This document shows, piece after piece, positions 1 through 14,300 of a DNA stretch of 64,000 nucleotides. This DNA comes from Pecten maximus (Eukaryota). Below the pieces are notes generated by a model that was given only the letters and a program-made list of their open reading frames with translations, was not told the origin of the DNA and did no database searches. The stretch is from contig NC_047019.1 of assembly GCF_902652985.1 (NCBI RefSeq), positions 33,108,001 to 33,172,000 of the forward strand, read 5' to 3'. Made by a program: the position numbers and the translations under genes. How positions within the stretch are numbered: position 1 is the stretch's first letter; every line of letters begins with the position of its first letter.

Positions 1-1
1 A

Positions 2-1135
2 TACCAGAGACGACCGCAACCAATTCCAGGGAGACAACAAGGATTTTATGATCTGCGTGGGTCAGAAAACTTTGGCAATGTAAGTGTAGGAGCAGTTGAC
101 TCTGGAATGAGGCATACTATGCAGAATATTCAACAAGACACAAGAGCGTGTAACGAACCGTTTTTCTCTGGGAGTAGTGGTAGGCATTTGAATGTTGAGC
201 ATGCCACACTTGCCAGGATGCAGAGCGCACCGGAAGTCCCTCAACTTCGAAGTGCTGCAGCTGCACCACCGATCGCGAGAATGGTTCGTCAAAACAGCAA
301 CTCGGACACACAATTACATATCATAGGTGGGGAAATGGAACAAACTGACTATAACTTCTCTGAATTCCAAGGCGGAAGGTCTGATTATCAACAGGGAGAC
401 GGGTTTTCTTCTAGTTATGTTCCACGTGGCCCCGGTTTTGAAGTTCATCATCAGCCTGTAGCACATCAGTTTAATCGAGGGTTTACCCACGGTGTTCCGA
501 GTTATCCACATAGTCAAGGATACACACAACCACAAAAACACCATGCTGGAAACACCACGTGGTCTTTTAGCGACCAAGGATTTGCTCCTGGACAAATAAA
601 ACAACCTGCACAATTTCCAGGGTTTCATCGACACGCACCGATACAACATTCACGTTCGTATCAAATGATGCAGTCTCGGCCTTCACAACCAAACGAATCG
701 TATACAGAGCGGGATCCTAATTTCCACACGGGAATCCTCACAAAACGGGAGGACGACATTTGGGGACCATCCGTTGCTTCAACTTCGTCGTCATCGGTGT
801 TTTCTCAAAATTATGCTCAAGGAGATAATCGCTATGGTGACATTCCAAGAAGTCGGTCAGGGATGGCCTCTCCAGTTTCCGAACAAAACCGGGGTCATGT
901 TGGCCAATCAAATACGTCCTCAAATAGTCACACTCGGTCGACGGTCGAGACACCTAGCGCGCCTTCACCACTAATTGCTGAGGATGCTCCAATACACCGC
1001 AATGACTCCCGATATAGTCTATACTACCACCTGTGTGGACTGTTCCCGGAACAAAAAGTTAGGACTGTCATGAACGAACACCCAGACCAGACTGATCCAC
1101 AGGAACTTTGTGCTTATATAATTGGAGCAAAATGA
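2..1135 (+). CDS. ZC3H12: Terminal coding exon (5'-partial) of a Regnase-1/ZC3H12-family endoribonuclease
   Basis: The frame is open from base 2 (YQRRPQP...DSGMRH...) to TGA at 1133-1135. A low-complexity Q/S/P/G-rich tail ends in RYSLYYHLCGLFPEQKVRTVMNEHPDQTDPQELCAYII, resembling the Regnase-1 C-terminal domain. The NYN/PIN and CCCH domains would lie upstream of the window. Confidence 0.75.
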   Translation, partial: YQRRPQPIPGRQQGFYDLRGSENFGNVSVGAVDSGMRHTMQNIQQDTRACNEPFFSGSSGRHLNVEHATLARMQSAPEVPQLRSAAAAPPIARMVRQNSNSDTQLHIIGGEMEQTDYNFSEFQGGRSDYQQGDGFSSSYVPRGPGFEVHHQPVAHQFNRGFTHGVPSYPHSQGYTQPQKHHAGNTTWSFSDQGFAPGQIKQPAQFPGFHRHAPIQHSRSYQMMQSRPSQPNESYTERDPNFHTGILTKREDDIWGPSVASTSSSSVFSQNYAQGDNRYGDIPRSRSGMASPVSEQNRGHVGQSNTSSNSHTRSTVETPSAPSPLIAEDAPIHRNDSRYSLYYHLCGLFPEQKVRTVMNEHPDQTDPQELCAYIIGAK

Positions 1136-1548
1136 GAGAAAGATTTTGATCCGTAAGCAGTGCTTACATCATAAGGGCCAGTAGGGCGAAGGAATTTTGT
1201 GATTACACTATAAAGTGTATAGTCATACCGGTTACTGAAAGTGCCGGACAGACCACAGATCGTTTTTGTAAGTTAAATGTCAAAGTACATTGTCGTTGTT
1301 AACGATCATTTTCAAATATATTGCACACATGTAAGTTCAGTGAAGTAAAAGGTATCGATTTAGTTTTTATCATCAAATCTTATCGAAATAATTAATAGAC
1401 GAAGAAGGTTTCTCATGATTGCTATATTGTTATCATCCATATAATTTGATCTACATATGTCAGTGTATTAATATAGGAAAATATCTAATCAGAGGAGCCG
1501 CCAGGACATCACTATAGTCCGCACTACAGCCACATACTTGAAGCGTTC

Positions 1549-1843
1549 CTATTACAACAATGAGTGATCTAGCGGTCGGAGCCTGGGATTAAGTTTTCAC
1601 TTTGGGTCAAAGGAACGCGTCCCTATTACAATATTAAGTAATCTAGCGGTCGGAGCCTGGGATTAAGTTTTCACTTTGGGTCAAAGGAACGCGTCCCTAT
1701 TACAATATTAAGTGATCTAGCGGAAGGAGCCTGGTATTCAGTTTTCACTTTGGGTCAAAGGAACGCGTCCCTATTACAATATTAAGTGATCTAGCGGTCG
1801 GAGCCTGGGATTCAGTTTTCACTTTGGGCCATAGGAACGCGTC
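1549..1843. repeat. 74-bp tandem repeat x4, probably in the Regnase 3' UTR
   Basis: Unit ctattacaatattaagtgatctagcggtcggagcctggga...aaggaacgcgtcc starts at 1549, 1623, 1697 and 1771. Confidence 0.95.
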
Positions 1844-4479
1844 AAGTCCATGTTTCTACACCAATATTATCCCTAACAACCAGACAAAACCAGAGGATAT
1901 CTTAACGACGTTTATGCTCGTTAGTTACATGTAGTGTTCAGGAATACAGTTTCAATTCACATACCTTCACGGCCAAATAATTAAGATTTGAACCCATTTC
2001 TCAGATATTATGACACTTTCTGGGAATCGTTAATCTAACTAGATTCTAAAAAAAGTTTGTGCTAGTGCTGGTGCTGGTGCTGGTAGCCATTTTCGGTTCA
2101 GGGTCTATTGCTATTCGTCAATAAAGTGATAGCTGTTATATACGGTATGCACGGGTTCTTTACTAAATTCATATGATTAAATGACATTAGCTGTTAAAAA
2201 GACGTTAAGCAATGACAAACACACACCCTTATTATAACTTTGAAACATCGTTCTATGCAAAATGCATAGCAATATAACCATAACTTAGGTTATAGATAAA
2301 CGAAACCTGTTTGTTTTTCGTGACAGTGCAGTCTTAATTAAATGTATTGCTATGAAGTGATACACACAACATTACCAACTTGATACAAGACTCGAGAGTT
2401 GTGAAAGAGAAATGCCTTTCCTTCGTGAAAAATAATTTATGATTACAACAGAAGGAGCATATACAAATGTCAAATCTGATTTTAGGAGTTTTGGCTGGAC
2501 TTTATAGATCTTCTAATAAATTCGTATAATATTGACCCAGAAGTAAGTAATACAGAAATGAACAAAATAATTAATCGGTCGAGATTTGGGGAAATTGTGT
2601 TTAATCTAGGATTTGTGTACTGAAGTTAAATCTGTACGACCGCCCTTCTGACAGAGTGTGGTTAGACTAAGTGAAGTTTCGGTCTATGGTCTTTGGCAAA
2701 CGAGGACCTTGAATTAAGGCTCTAAAAAGAAATCGGTAAAGATGTGATGACACATTTGTGTGTATACTTATCAGAGGTTGTTGCATATTATTTTGTTAAT
2801 ATTGACATAAGTAAATTGATGTTTTTAAAACCATCATTCAAAAACCTATATAAATTTTTACTCTTTTTTTTCGCGTTTTCAAGTATGTTCAATGCATATT
2901 GCATGTACTTCCGTATATATTTGTATTTCGTCCAGCATTTCTTTTAAGAATTGATGTTTTACTGCTATTGCGTTGCTGGCGTTAATTGTAACATTGCGTT
3001 CTCCATTCATTAGTGTACATTGCCAAATTATTGTATCATGTTTTGTAAGATCTGTTTTTACTCCAACAAACTATCAGCTGTTATACAAAATCTCTTTGAA
3101 GTCGGGTGTGATGCACTGTTGGTAGAGCTCGGGTCTTTGGAACCCAGTGTGACATAAGACTACGCAGGAAATAGAGAGAGCACATTTGTTATACTGACCC
3201 AGTGTTAAGGAAGGTCATTGGTGATGCTAACAGGAGTTTAAGTTCGTTTCGTGTGAAGGGATTGAGAGTGATGAAAGGTTGTGCCAAAATCTGATGAGAG
3301 GATTATGGGAGAAACAATATGCATACCAAGATAATCGTGAGGGAAAAACAAAACCTTGTCATATCGTTACCTTCACAGCAAACGATATTGTAGTCATGTT
3401 TTCTATCATGTGGTTGTTTTAAAAATTGCTTCAGCAGTAAGTTGGAGTGATATATTGACTTATGTAGTACCACGTGGTACGGACATTCCTCTGACTCTCC
3501 CCAGCGTTTGACACCTTTAAGTTTTAGAATAAGGCGTTGTAAAACACCGGGGAGAATCTGAAGAATGGTAATAAGGTTTTTAATTGAACGCATCAAAAGG
3601 TTTTGATACGTCGCCAAATGTTTGATACAGATACAGTGTGTCATGTCAAGTCACCAGTTAGGTGAACAATAATCGGTACCTCTTTTTGAGGCAATATATT
3701 TTTATGAATATCATATAACATTTATCGTTTTAGGTGTATTATATGGAATAACTATAATTCACATGTTGTAAGTTCGCTATCTGTCACTCACATACTATAC
3801 AAAATGGAGTTGTTTTTTTGTAAAGTGGATTTTTTTCTGAGTTGGGTTAGTTTTCGTACGTGCAAATATTCCACACAAGAGCATCAATCAACCAGTCAGT
3901 TTCAACAGAGAGCATTTCCACGCCACGAACCTGTCCACTCTATACCCCATTTTCCTTCACGGTCCTGACTACTGCCTTGTGGGCACAGTCCGAGGACGTA
4001 ATCTATGGTATTGTTGTATTGTTGTACTCGAATATTCTGCTTATAGCGAAATATTAAAGGGTTGACAAGTAACATATATTGCGTTATTTTTGTGCTTTGT
4101 GAATCCTGAATTTACACAAACTATTACGTGGTCGGACTGTCATGCAAATCTGTTGTGTACAAACCGTGATCGGTAAACTCAACATTTAGTCAGTACATAA
4201 TGATAACGAAGAAGACGTACGAGACTTTAACACGAAACCAGGTGTCGGTCAACCTCAGAAAATAAGGTCACCATGTCTTCACATTAGATAAAGTATCCCT
4301 GACTGAAAATTGATTAACAGGTGACGTTATCTTGTGGGAACTCCTTTGCAAAAGCGAGTCGAGAAGAAATACAGGTTCATTGTTTCGAACTATATATACT
4401 GGAACGTATTTCGCGAAATACACGACCTAGAAGAAATGAGTAAAGAGAGAAGAGTGTGAATGTTGTGACAAGAATTTGA

Positions 4480-4740
4480 AGCAGATTATTGACATACCCA
4501 TAGAAACAATCTGCCTCTCATTTGGTAGATAAACTTCTGTTTTCATACGAAGGTGACATAATCAAATCTATCTCTACAAGATGTATCGGTGATAAACTAT
4601 CCTTTTTAAACGAAAATTTAGTAACCATTTCGAACGGATATACCCTAAAGAAGAAGCACTACGAAGTCTTCAACATCAGCCGCCTACCTCAATCTTTATT
4701 GACACCAATTTACCAACAGACACCTTACTAGCAATTTCCC
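4480..4740 (+). mobile_element. Highly degenerate Penelope-like reverse transcriptase fragment
   Basis: Frameshifted QIIDIPIET...LVDKLLFSYEGD and RIYPK...STSAAYL resemble the GIPMGTNCAPLLADLFLYSYE and IYP..L...ASYLD blocks of Penelope-like RTs. Confidence 0.5.
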
Positions 4741-5054
4741 TATTGGAATAATGCTTGCTGCAGAAGTAAATTAATCGGGTGTGGATTTCGAAGAAGTACA
4801 AAAAGCTTTAAATCAATCCTGAATATTCGCTCCTAAAAACGTTTTTTTCTATCGAAACATTTTCCCGCAATTTGTGAGACGTAAGCTAAGGCAGACGGCG
4901 CTATAAATACATGGTTTTGAGCCGTACTAGCATTTTTCGATAAACATACAACAATTCGTTAAATATACGGCAATGGTCCAAAATATTCACTGAAGATAAA
5001 ATCCTGTGAATGATTGAATTTCTGATCGACAACTCTTCCAATAAACAATTGATA

Positions 5055-5585
5055 ACCTAAACTGGGACTCCCTGTTGACCGACTTGTTTTGTTTGATACG
5101 AGGCTGATTATATTAAAGAGCTTGTCTGACCATGTAACAAAGACGGTGACCTTACAAAGTCCTTCATTTTCACCTATAGATATATTGACGATGTATTTAA
5201 ATAACTTAATTCATCAGCGTCAATCGGATATACCATATAGAATTTGAAATTGACAAAATACACTTTATACCAGCCGCTTACCTCGCTCTTCACTGACAAG
5301 GTAACTAACAGGGACAGCCTACAACTAAGCTGTATGATTTCAATTTCACCATAGCTAATTTTCCTTTTCTAGATAGTAACATACCTACTTCGCCTACCTG
5401 CAGAGTTTGCACATCCCAGTTGGTTCGATGTTTAAGGACGTATTCCCATTATCACGATTTCCGTGACAAATGTCGACTTTTGACAGAAAAAATTCTAAAA
5501 TGTTTCGATAAATGCTGGTTGATGAAGATCATGGGAAAGTTCTATGGTCAAGATCATGATCTTATTTTGAAATATTATATATTAC
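5055..5585 (+). mobile_element. Degenerate Penelope-like reverse transcriptase C-terminal fragment
   Basis: FTYRYIDDV (YxDD motif, ~5170-5195), then TKLYD-FNFTIANFPFLDSNIPTSP..V..SQLVR...DF..KC.LLT.KIL...KFYG..HDL..KY, the typical PLE RT thumb/C-terminus, with indels. Confidence 0.75.
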
Positions 5586-6101
5586 GCGATATTCAGTTCG
5601 AAGTGTTCATTATTTTTTAATATGTCTGGTGGTTCCGTTGCCATCACTCTAGTTCTCACTTCAACAACATCTGGTATTATTCTCCTGCTACTCTTTCTTC
5701 TCTTCCTGACTTGCCCTTGTTTTATAAATGCGGAGATATAATTACGGTATCATTTTAATGTCGGAATCATTCCATGTTGTTTTGGATTTGTTAACAGATA
5801 AATTAATTCTCTCTGACATCTGGGATAAGTACTGTTTATTATCACATTAATACCTTGCCCTGAACAACTTACTGTAAAAGAGCTGGAGAAATGGCACTGC
5901 TACGTAGAATAAGATCAGCATTCGACAACATTTCTTCTGTCTTCCTGGTGTCTATCACCAAATAAAATATAAAACAGATCTGGATATGGTCAGATTCCGA
6001 AATCCGTAAATTACCCATCATCACAATACTACCGAGATACATTTAAATTCATTCCTAGCGATTTTACTCCCCCGTCCCTGGACTTATTCGGGGTAAGTGA
6101 T

Positions 6102-7155
6102 AACAAGAGGCCCAAAGGGCCTTAACGGTCACCTGAGATTTGAAATATTTCGGCCAACTAAATTGAGCCTTTTTGGCCCCACCCATCAGTCCTAATGGGG
6201 TCAGTCTATGAAGAGTATTTGATTCTAACATATAGTTGATAAGACGATTTTGGAAATTTCAGTCAATTTGACCCTTTTTGGCCCCGCCCACCAGCCCCTG
6301 GGGGTCAACCAGGGCCAACATGTACATACCATCAAACTGTCATCCCATGCTGATAATTTGAACCAAGTTAGAATGAATTCCAATACAAATCCAACAAATA
6401 ATAGTCAAAAATGTGATTTCCCTATATAAACTATAGTAAAGTTTACCCCCTCCCCAGGGGCAAACGTGAGACCCCAGGGTCATGAAATTCACAATTTTGG
6501 TAAAGCACCTTAAGACCCTTCCATCTATGAAGAGTATTTGATTCTACCACATCTGAGAGTAGAGAAGAAGATTTTTGAAATTTTAGTCAATTTGACCCTT
6601 TTTGGCCCCGCCAACCAGCCCCTGGGGGTCAATTAGGGCCAACATGTACATAACATCAAACTGTCATCCCATGCTGATAATTTGATACAAGTTAGAATGA
6701 ATTCCAATACAAATCCAACAAATAATAGTCAAAAATGTGATTTCCCTATATAAACTATAGTAAAGTTTACCCCCTCCCCAGGGGCAAACGTGAGACCCCA
6801 GGGTCATGAAATTCACAATTTTGGTAAAGCACCTTAAGACCCTTCCATCTATGAAGAGTGTTTGACTCCACCATATCTGAGAGTAGAGAAGAAGATTTTT
6901 GAAGTTTTAGTCAATTTGACCCTTTTTGGCCCCACCCCTCAGGCCCCTGGGGGGTGGGGACCATATAATTCACAATTTTGGTTGACCTTCAGCCATAGAA
7001 ACTTTCTGCCAAATTTCATTGAATTTTGTTAAGTGGTTTTGGAGAAGAAGTCGAAAATGTAAAAAGTTTACGGACGCACGACGGACGACGGACGACGACG
7101 GACAAAAGGCGATTAGAATAGGTCACTTGAGACTTCGTCTCAGGTGACCTAAAAA
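6102..7155 (+). mobile_element. Non-autonomous Helentron-associated (HINE/pearl-like) element with ~324-bp internal tandem units
   Basis: Subterminal inverted repeat ggtcacctgaga (6127-6138) / tctcaggtgacc (7138-7149), 3' hairpin at 7120-7150, a ggac/gac microsatellite at ~7070-7103, and internal units with a 324-bp period (6268, 6592, 6916). Confidence 0.8.
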
Positions 7156-8219
7156 CAGCAGTCATATTTTTCAAATATTATTATCAACGATTACTTAGAT
7201 GGAATCCTGTTATATTTTCCTTGTTTATCATAAAACTAATTTTGTACATTGATTGTACCAAGTACGATTATGTGTGGTCGAATTGGTTTGATTGCCATCT
7301 CGTACCATGTATATCTTGGTATACATAATTTGTCTAAACTTTCCATTGTTGCCTTCCTTTTTATTTTCCTGACTCCCCTTCTAGATTTTCACATTTTTGA
7401 CAACTAGCATCAGTGACGGGTCCTAAAAGGACGAAACCAAAGTATGATGACATTCGTCATTCGGTGCATCGTGTCCTGGCTTTTCCTCGCTGGCATTCCG
7501 TCCTAGCGCTATGAATGAATGGTCGGCTATGCCTCACATCCAGACCTCCAAAGATGTTACTGCATGTTAGAAAAATCAACATAGACTCCTTAAATGTGAA
7601 GCTTTATTGTCAAGATTTATTTACTATTATCCTCTGTTTATTACAGGTCTAAACTGAACTCATATCCGTAAGATACTATCAAATTGTATGTCTTCTGTAC
7701 AAACCTATAATATCAAATAATGTTTTCTTGTATTGATTTCCGTTGATAACACACCAAAACATCTACCTTGAAACTGGCTTAACTCGCCTAATAAGTTTGT
7801 TCTACGACTCCGACGACTTCTGAGTTAACGAGATTTGACTGTAAATACAAATGTTCAATATCGCCCAACAAAAAACTTTTATCAAGACGACAAGAAGTAA
7901 ATGTTCATTCGATTTATTGCTGCTGACAGTGGACATACAAAAATGTGCTCGATTGCCCATTCTTAAGCGGAAGTAACTTGACATTTGACAGGAAATGAAA
8001 TATAGCTTGTCTATAACGTGTTGCAATGTTTCATGAATTATTTGTGCAGTGTGGGGCACGCCCTTTCGTGACATCAGTAGCAAGGTAACTTCACGGTTCG
8101 TAATAAGCAGTCTGTCACGTTCTCTCTAGCAGCTGTAGTCAGAGAGATTTGCCATTTCTTTATCTCTTCTATTAAGCAGACGTCTTTATCTTTTCTTTAG
8201 TCCCTTTTACCCGACCGAG

Positions 8220-11200
8220 AAGACACTATAACATAAATCTAAGAAAAAGACACTATAACATAAATCTAAGAAAAAGACACTATAACATATATCTGGGGGA
8301 AAGATACTATAACATATATCTGAGGGGTAAGACACTATAACATATATCTGAGGGGAAAGACACTATAACATATATCTGAGGGGAAAGACACTATAACATA
8401 TATCTGAGGGGAAAGATACTATAACATATATCTGAGGGGAAAGATACTATAACATATATCTGAGGGGGAAGACACTACAATATATATCTGAGGGGGAAGA
8501 TACTATAACATATATCTGGGGGGAAAGATACTATAACATATACCTGAGGGGAAAGATACTATAACATATATCTGAGGGGGAAAGATACTGTAACATATAT
8601 CTGAGGGGAAAGATACTATAACATATATCTGAGGGGAAAGATACTATAACATATATCTGAGGGGAAAGATACTATAACATATATCTGAGGGGAAAGATAC
8701 TATAACATATATCTGAGGGGAAAGATACTATAACATATATCTGAGGGGGAAGACACTACAATATATATCTGAGGGGAAAGACACTATAACATATATCTGA
8801 GGGGAAGACACTACAACATATATCTGAGGGGAAAGACACTATAACATATATCTGAGGGGAAGACACTACAACATATATCTGAGGGGAAAGACACTATAAC
8901 ATATATCTGAGGGGGAAGATACTATAACATATATCTGGGGGGAAAGATACTATAACATATACCTGAGGGGAAAGATACTATAACATATATCTGAGGGGAA
9001 AGATACTATAACATATATCTGAGGGGAAAGATACTATAACATATATCTGAGGGGAAAGATACTATAAACATATATCTGAGGGGGAAGACACTACAATATA
9101 TATCTGAGGGGAAAGAACACTATAACATATATCTGAGGGGAAAGACACTATAACATATATCTGAGGGGAAAGACACTATAACATATATCTGAGGGGAAAG
9201 ACACTATAACATATATCTGAGGGGAAAGACACTATAACATATCTGAGGGGGAAGACACTATAACTTATATCTGAGGGGAAAGACACTATAACATATATCT
9301 GGGGGAAAGATACTATAACATATATCTGAGGGGAAAGACACTATAACATATATCTGAGGGGAAGACACTATAACATATATCTGAGGGGAAAGACACTTTA
9401 ACATATATCTGGGGGGAAGATACTATAACATATATCTGAGGGGAAAGATACTATAACATATATCTGAGGGGTAAGACACTATAACATATATCTGAGGGGT
9501 AAGACACTATAACATATATCTGAGGGGAAAAACACTTTAACATATATCTGAGGGGAAAGACACTATAACATATATCTGAGGGGAAAGATACTATAACATA
9601 TATCTGAGGGGAAAGACATTATAACATATATCTGAGTGGAAAGACACTATAACATATATCTGAGGGGAAAGACACTTTAACATATATCTGAGGGGAAAGA
9701 CACTTTAACATATATCTGAGGGGAAAGATACTATAACATATATCTGAGGGGAAGACACTATAACATATATCTGAGGGGGAAAGATACTATAACATATATC
9801 TGAGGGGGAAAGATACTATAACATATATCTGAGGGGGAAAGATACTATAACATATATCTGAGGGGAAAGACACTATAACATATCTCTGAGGGGAAAGACA
9901 TTATAACATATATCTGGGGGAAAGATACTATAACATATATCTGAGGGGAAAGACACTATAACATATCTCTGAGGGGAAAGACACTATAACATATATCTGA
10001 GGGGAAAGATACTATAACATATATATGAGGGGAAAGATACTATAACATATATCTGAGGGGAAAGACACTATAACATATATCTGGGGGAAAGATACTATAA
10101 CATATATATGAGGGGAAGATACTATAACATATATCTGGGGGAAAGATACTATAACATATATCTGAGGGGAAAGATACTATAACATATATCTGAGGGGTAA
10201 GACACTATAACATATATCTGAGGGGAAAGACACTATAACATATATCTGAGGGGAAAGACACTATAACATATATCTGAGGGGAAAGATACTATAACATATA
10301 TCTGAGGGGAAAGACACTATAACATATATCTGAGGGGTAAGACACTATAACATATATCTGGGGGGAAAGACACTATAACATATATCTGAGGGGAAAGATA
10401 CTATAACATATATCTGAGGGGTAAGACACTATAACATATATCTGAGGGGAAAGACACTATAACATATATCTGAGGGGGAAAGACACTATAACATATATCT
10501 GAGGGGAAAGACACTATAACATATATCTGAGGGGAAAGACACTATAACATATATCTGAGGGGAAAGATACTATAACATATATCTGAGGGGAAAGACACTA
10601 TAACATATATCTGAGGGGAAAGATACTATAACATATATCTGAGGGGAAGACACTATAACATATATCTGAGGGGGAAAGACACTATAACATATATCTGAGG
10701 GGAAAGACACTATAACATATATCTGAGGGGAAAGACACTATAACATATCTGAGGGGAAGACACTATAACATATATCTGAGGGGAAAGACACTATAACATA
10801 TATCTGAGGGGAAGACACTATAACATATATCTGAGGGGGAAAGACACTATAACATATATCTGAGGGGAAAGATACTATAACATATATCTGAGGGGAAGAC
10901 ACTATAACATATATCTGAGGGGAAAGACACTATAACATATATCTGAGGGGAAGACACTATAACATATATCTGAGGGGAAAGACATTATAACATATATCTG
11001 AGGGGTAAGACACTATAACATATATCTGAGGGGAAAGATACTATAACATATATCTGAGGGGAAAGACACTATAACATATATCTGAGGGGGAAGACACTAT
11101 AACATATATCTGGGGAAAGATACTATAACATATATCTGAGGGGAAAGATACTATAACATATATCTGAGGGGAAAGACACTATAACATATATCTGAGGGGA

Positions 11201-14053
11201 AAGACACTATAACATATATCTGAGGGGAAAGACACTATAACATATATCTGAGGGGAAAGATACTATAACATATATCTGAGGGGTAAGACACTATAACATA
11301 TATCTGAGGGGAAAGACACTATAACATATATCTGAGGGGTAAGACACTATAACATATATCTGAGGGGAAAGACATTATAACATATATCTGAGGGGAAAGA
11401 CACTATAACATATATCTGAGGGGAAAGATACTGTAACATATATCTGAGGGGAAAGACACTATAACATATATCTGAGGGGGAAGACACTTTAACATTTATC
11501 TGGGGAAAGATACTATAACATATATCTGAGGGGAAAGATACTATAACATATATCTGAGGGGAAAGATACTATAACATATATCTGAGGGGAAAGACACTAT
11601 AACATATATCTGAGGGGAAGATACTATAACATATATCTGAGGGGTAAGACACTATAACATATATCTGAGGGGAAAGATACTATAACATATATCTGAGGGG
11701 AAAGACACTATAACATATATCTGAGGGGAAGATACTATAACATGTATCTGAGGGGAAAGATATTATAACATGTATCTGAGGGGAAGACACTATAACATAT
11801 ATCTGGGGGGGGGGGGGGGGGGGGGAAGACACTATAACATATATCTGGGGGTAAGACACTTTAACATATATCTGAGGGGAAATACACTATAACATATATC
11901 TGAGGGGAAAGACACTTTAACATATATCTGAGGGGTAAGACGCTATAACATATATCTGAGGGGTAAGACACTATAACATATATCTGAGGGGAAGACACTA
12001 TAACATATATCTGAGGGGGAAGACACTATAACATATATCTGAGGGGGAAAGACACTATAACATATATCTGAGGGGAAAGATACTATAACGTATATCTGAG
12101 GGGAAAGACACTATAACATATATCTGAGGGGAAAGACACTATAACATATATCTGAGGGGGAAAGACACTATAACATATATCTGAGGGGAAAGACACTATA
12201 ACATATATCTGAGGGGAAGACACTATAACATATATCTGAGGGGAAAGATACTATAACATATATCTGAGGGGAAAGACACTATAACATATATCTGAGGGGA
12301 AAGACACTATAACATATATCTGAGGGGGAAAGACACTATAACATATATCTGAGGGGAAAGACACCTTAACATATATCTGAGGGGAAAGATACTATAACAT
12401 ATATCTGAGGGGAAGACACTATAACATATATCTGAGGGGAAAGATACTATAACATATATCTGAGGGGGAAAGATACTATAACATATATCTGAGGGGGAAA
12501 GACACTATAACATATATCTGAGGGGAAAGACACTATAACATATATCTGAGGGGAAAGACACTATAACATATATCTGAGGGGAAGACACTATAACATATAT
12601 CTGAGGGGAAAGACACTATAACATATATCTGGGGGAAGACACTATAACATATATCTGAGGGGGAGAAGACACTATAACATATATCTGAGGGGAAAGACAC
12701 TATAACATATATCTGAGGGGAAGACACTATAACATATATCTGAGGGGAAAGACACTATAACATATATCTGGGGGGAAGACACTATAACATATATCTGAGG
12801 GGAAAGACACTATAACATATATCTGGGGGAAAGACACTATAACATATATCTGAGGGGAAAGACACTATAACATATATCTGAGGGGAAGACACTATAACAT
12901 ATATCTGAGGGGAAAGACACTATAACATATATCTGGGGGAAGACACTATAACATATATCTAGGGGGAAAGACACAATAACATATATCTGAGGGGAAAGAC
13001 ATTATAACATATATCTGAGGGGAAAGATACTATAACATATATCTGAGGGGAAAGACACTATAACATATATCTGAGGGGAAAGATACTATAACATATATCT
13101 GAGGGGAAAGACACTATAACATATATCTGAGGGGAAAGACACTATAACATATATCTGAGGGGAAAGATACTATAACATATATCTGAGGGGAAAGACACTA
13201 TAACATATATCTGAGGGGAAAGACACTATAACATATATCTGAGGGGAAAGACACTATAACATATATCTGAGGGGAAAGACACTATAACATATATCTGAGG
13301 GGAAGACACTATAACATATATCTGAGGGGAAAGATACTATAACATATATCTGAGGGGGAAAGATACTATAACATATATCTGAGGGGGAAAGACACTATAA
13401 CATATATCTGAGGGGAAAGACACTATAACATATATCTGAGGGGAAGATACTATAACATATATCTGAGGGGTAAGACACTATAACATATATCTGAGGGGAA
13501 AGACACTATAACATATATCTGAGTGGAAAGACACTATAACATATATCTGAGGGGTAAGACACTATAACATATATCTGAGGGGAAAGACACTATAACATAT
13601 ATCTGAGGGGAAAGACACTATAACATATATCTGAGGGGAAAGACACTATAACATATATCTGAGGGGAAAGACACTATAACATATATCTGAGGGGTAAGAC
13701 ACTATAACATATATCTGAGGGGGAAAGACACTATAACATATATCTGAGGGGAAAGACACTATAACATATATCTGAGGGGAAAGACACTATAACATATATC
13801 TGAGGGGTAAGACACTATAACATATATCTGAGGGGTAAGACACTATAACATATATCTGAGGGGAAGACACTATAACATATATCTGAGGGGAAAGATACTA
13901 TAACATATATCTGAGGGGAAAGATACTATAACATATATCTGAGGGGAAAGATACTATAACATATATCTGAGGGGAAGACACTATAACATATATCTGGGGG
14001 GAAGACACTATAACATATATCTGAGGGGTAAGACACTATAACATATATCTGAG
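8220..14053. repeat. 28-bp satellite array (~5.8 kb, ~205-210 copies)
   Basis: Consensus aagacactataacatatatctgagggga; variation is mainly C/T at one site and in G-run length. Confidence 0.98.
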
Positions 14054-14189
14054 GTGTTGCGCTTGTGATAACCAATTGCTTCTTCAACTCGGCGTGAAAA
14101 TGATTCCAGAACTGAGAAACTTGCTTTGGTTTGTAAACTTTATTTGTTTTACAACAATTGCGAAACAAGTTATATCAACTTAAATTAGT

Positions 14190-14300
14190 CAACTCTTGTT
14201 GACCCGGATGGAAGTGCGAGATGGGTCCTACTGTGGAAGGAAACAGCCCACGTTGTCGAGCAGGTGACCCTAAACCTTTCACGTCCGATCTCGCAGGGAT
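14190..14300 (-). mobile_element. SINE fragment (V-SINE-like core)
   Basis: The reverse complement reads gacgtgaaagg...ggtcacctgctcgacaacgtgggc..tttccttccacag, similar to the V-domain core of mollusc tRNA-derived SINEs (recognised from memory, not aligned). Confidence 0.4.

Noticed and set aside
98-118. DSGMRHT as the Regnase beta-TrCP degron
   Set aside because: The canonical motif is DSGxxS; both spacing and residue differ, so it cannot be supported.
1204-1223. Hairpin tacact-ataa-agtgta as a Regnase/Roquin target stem-loop
   Set aside because: The loop is not the Py-Pu-Py triloop, and such short stems arise by chance in AT-rich DNA.
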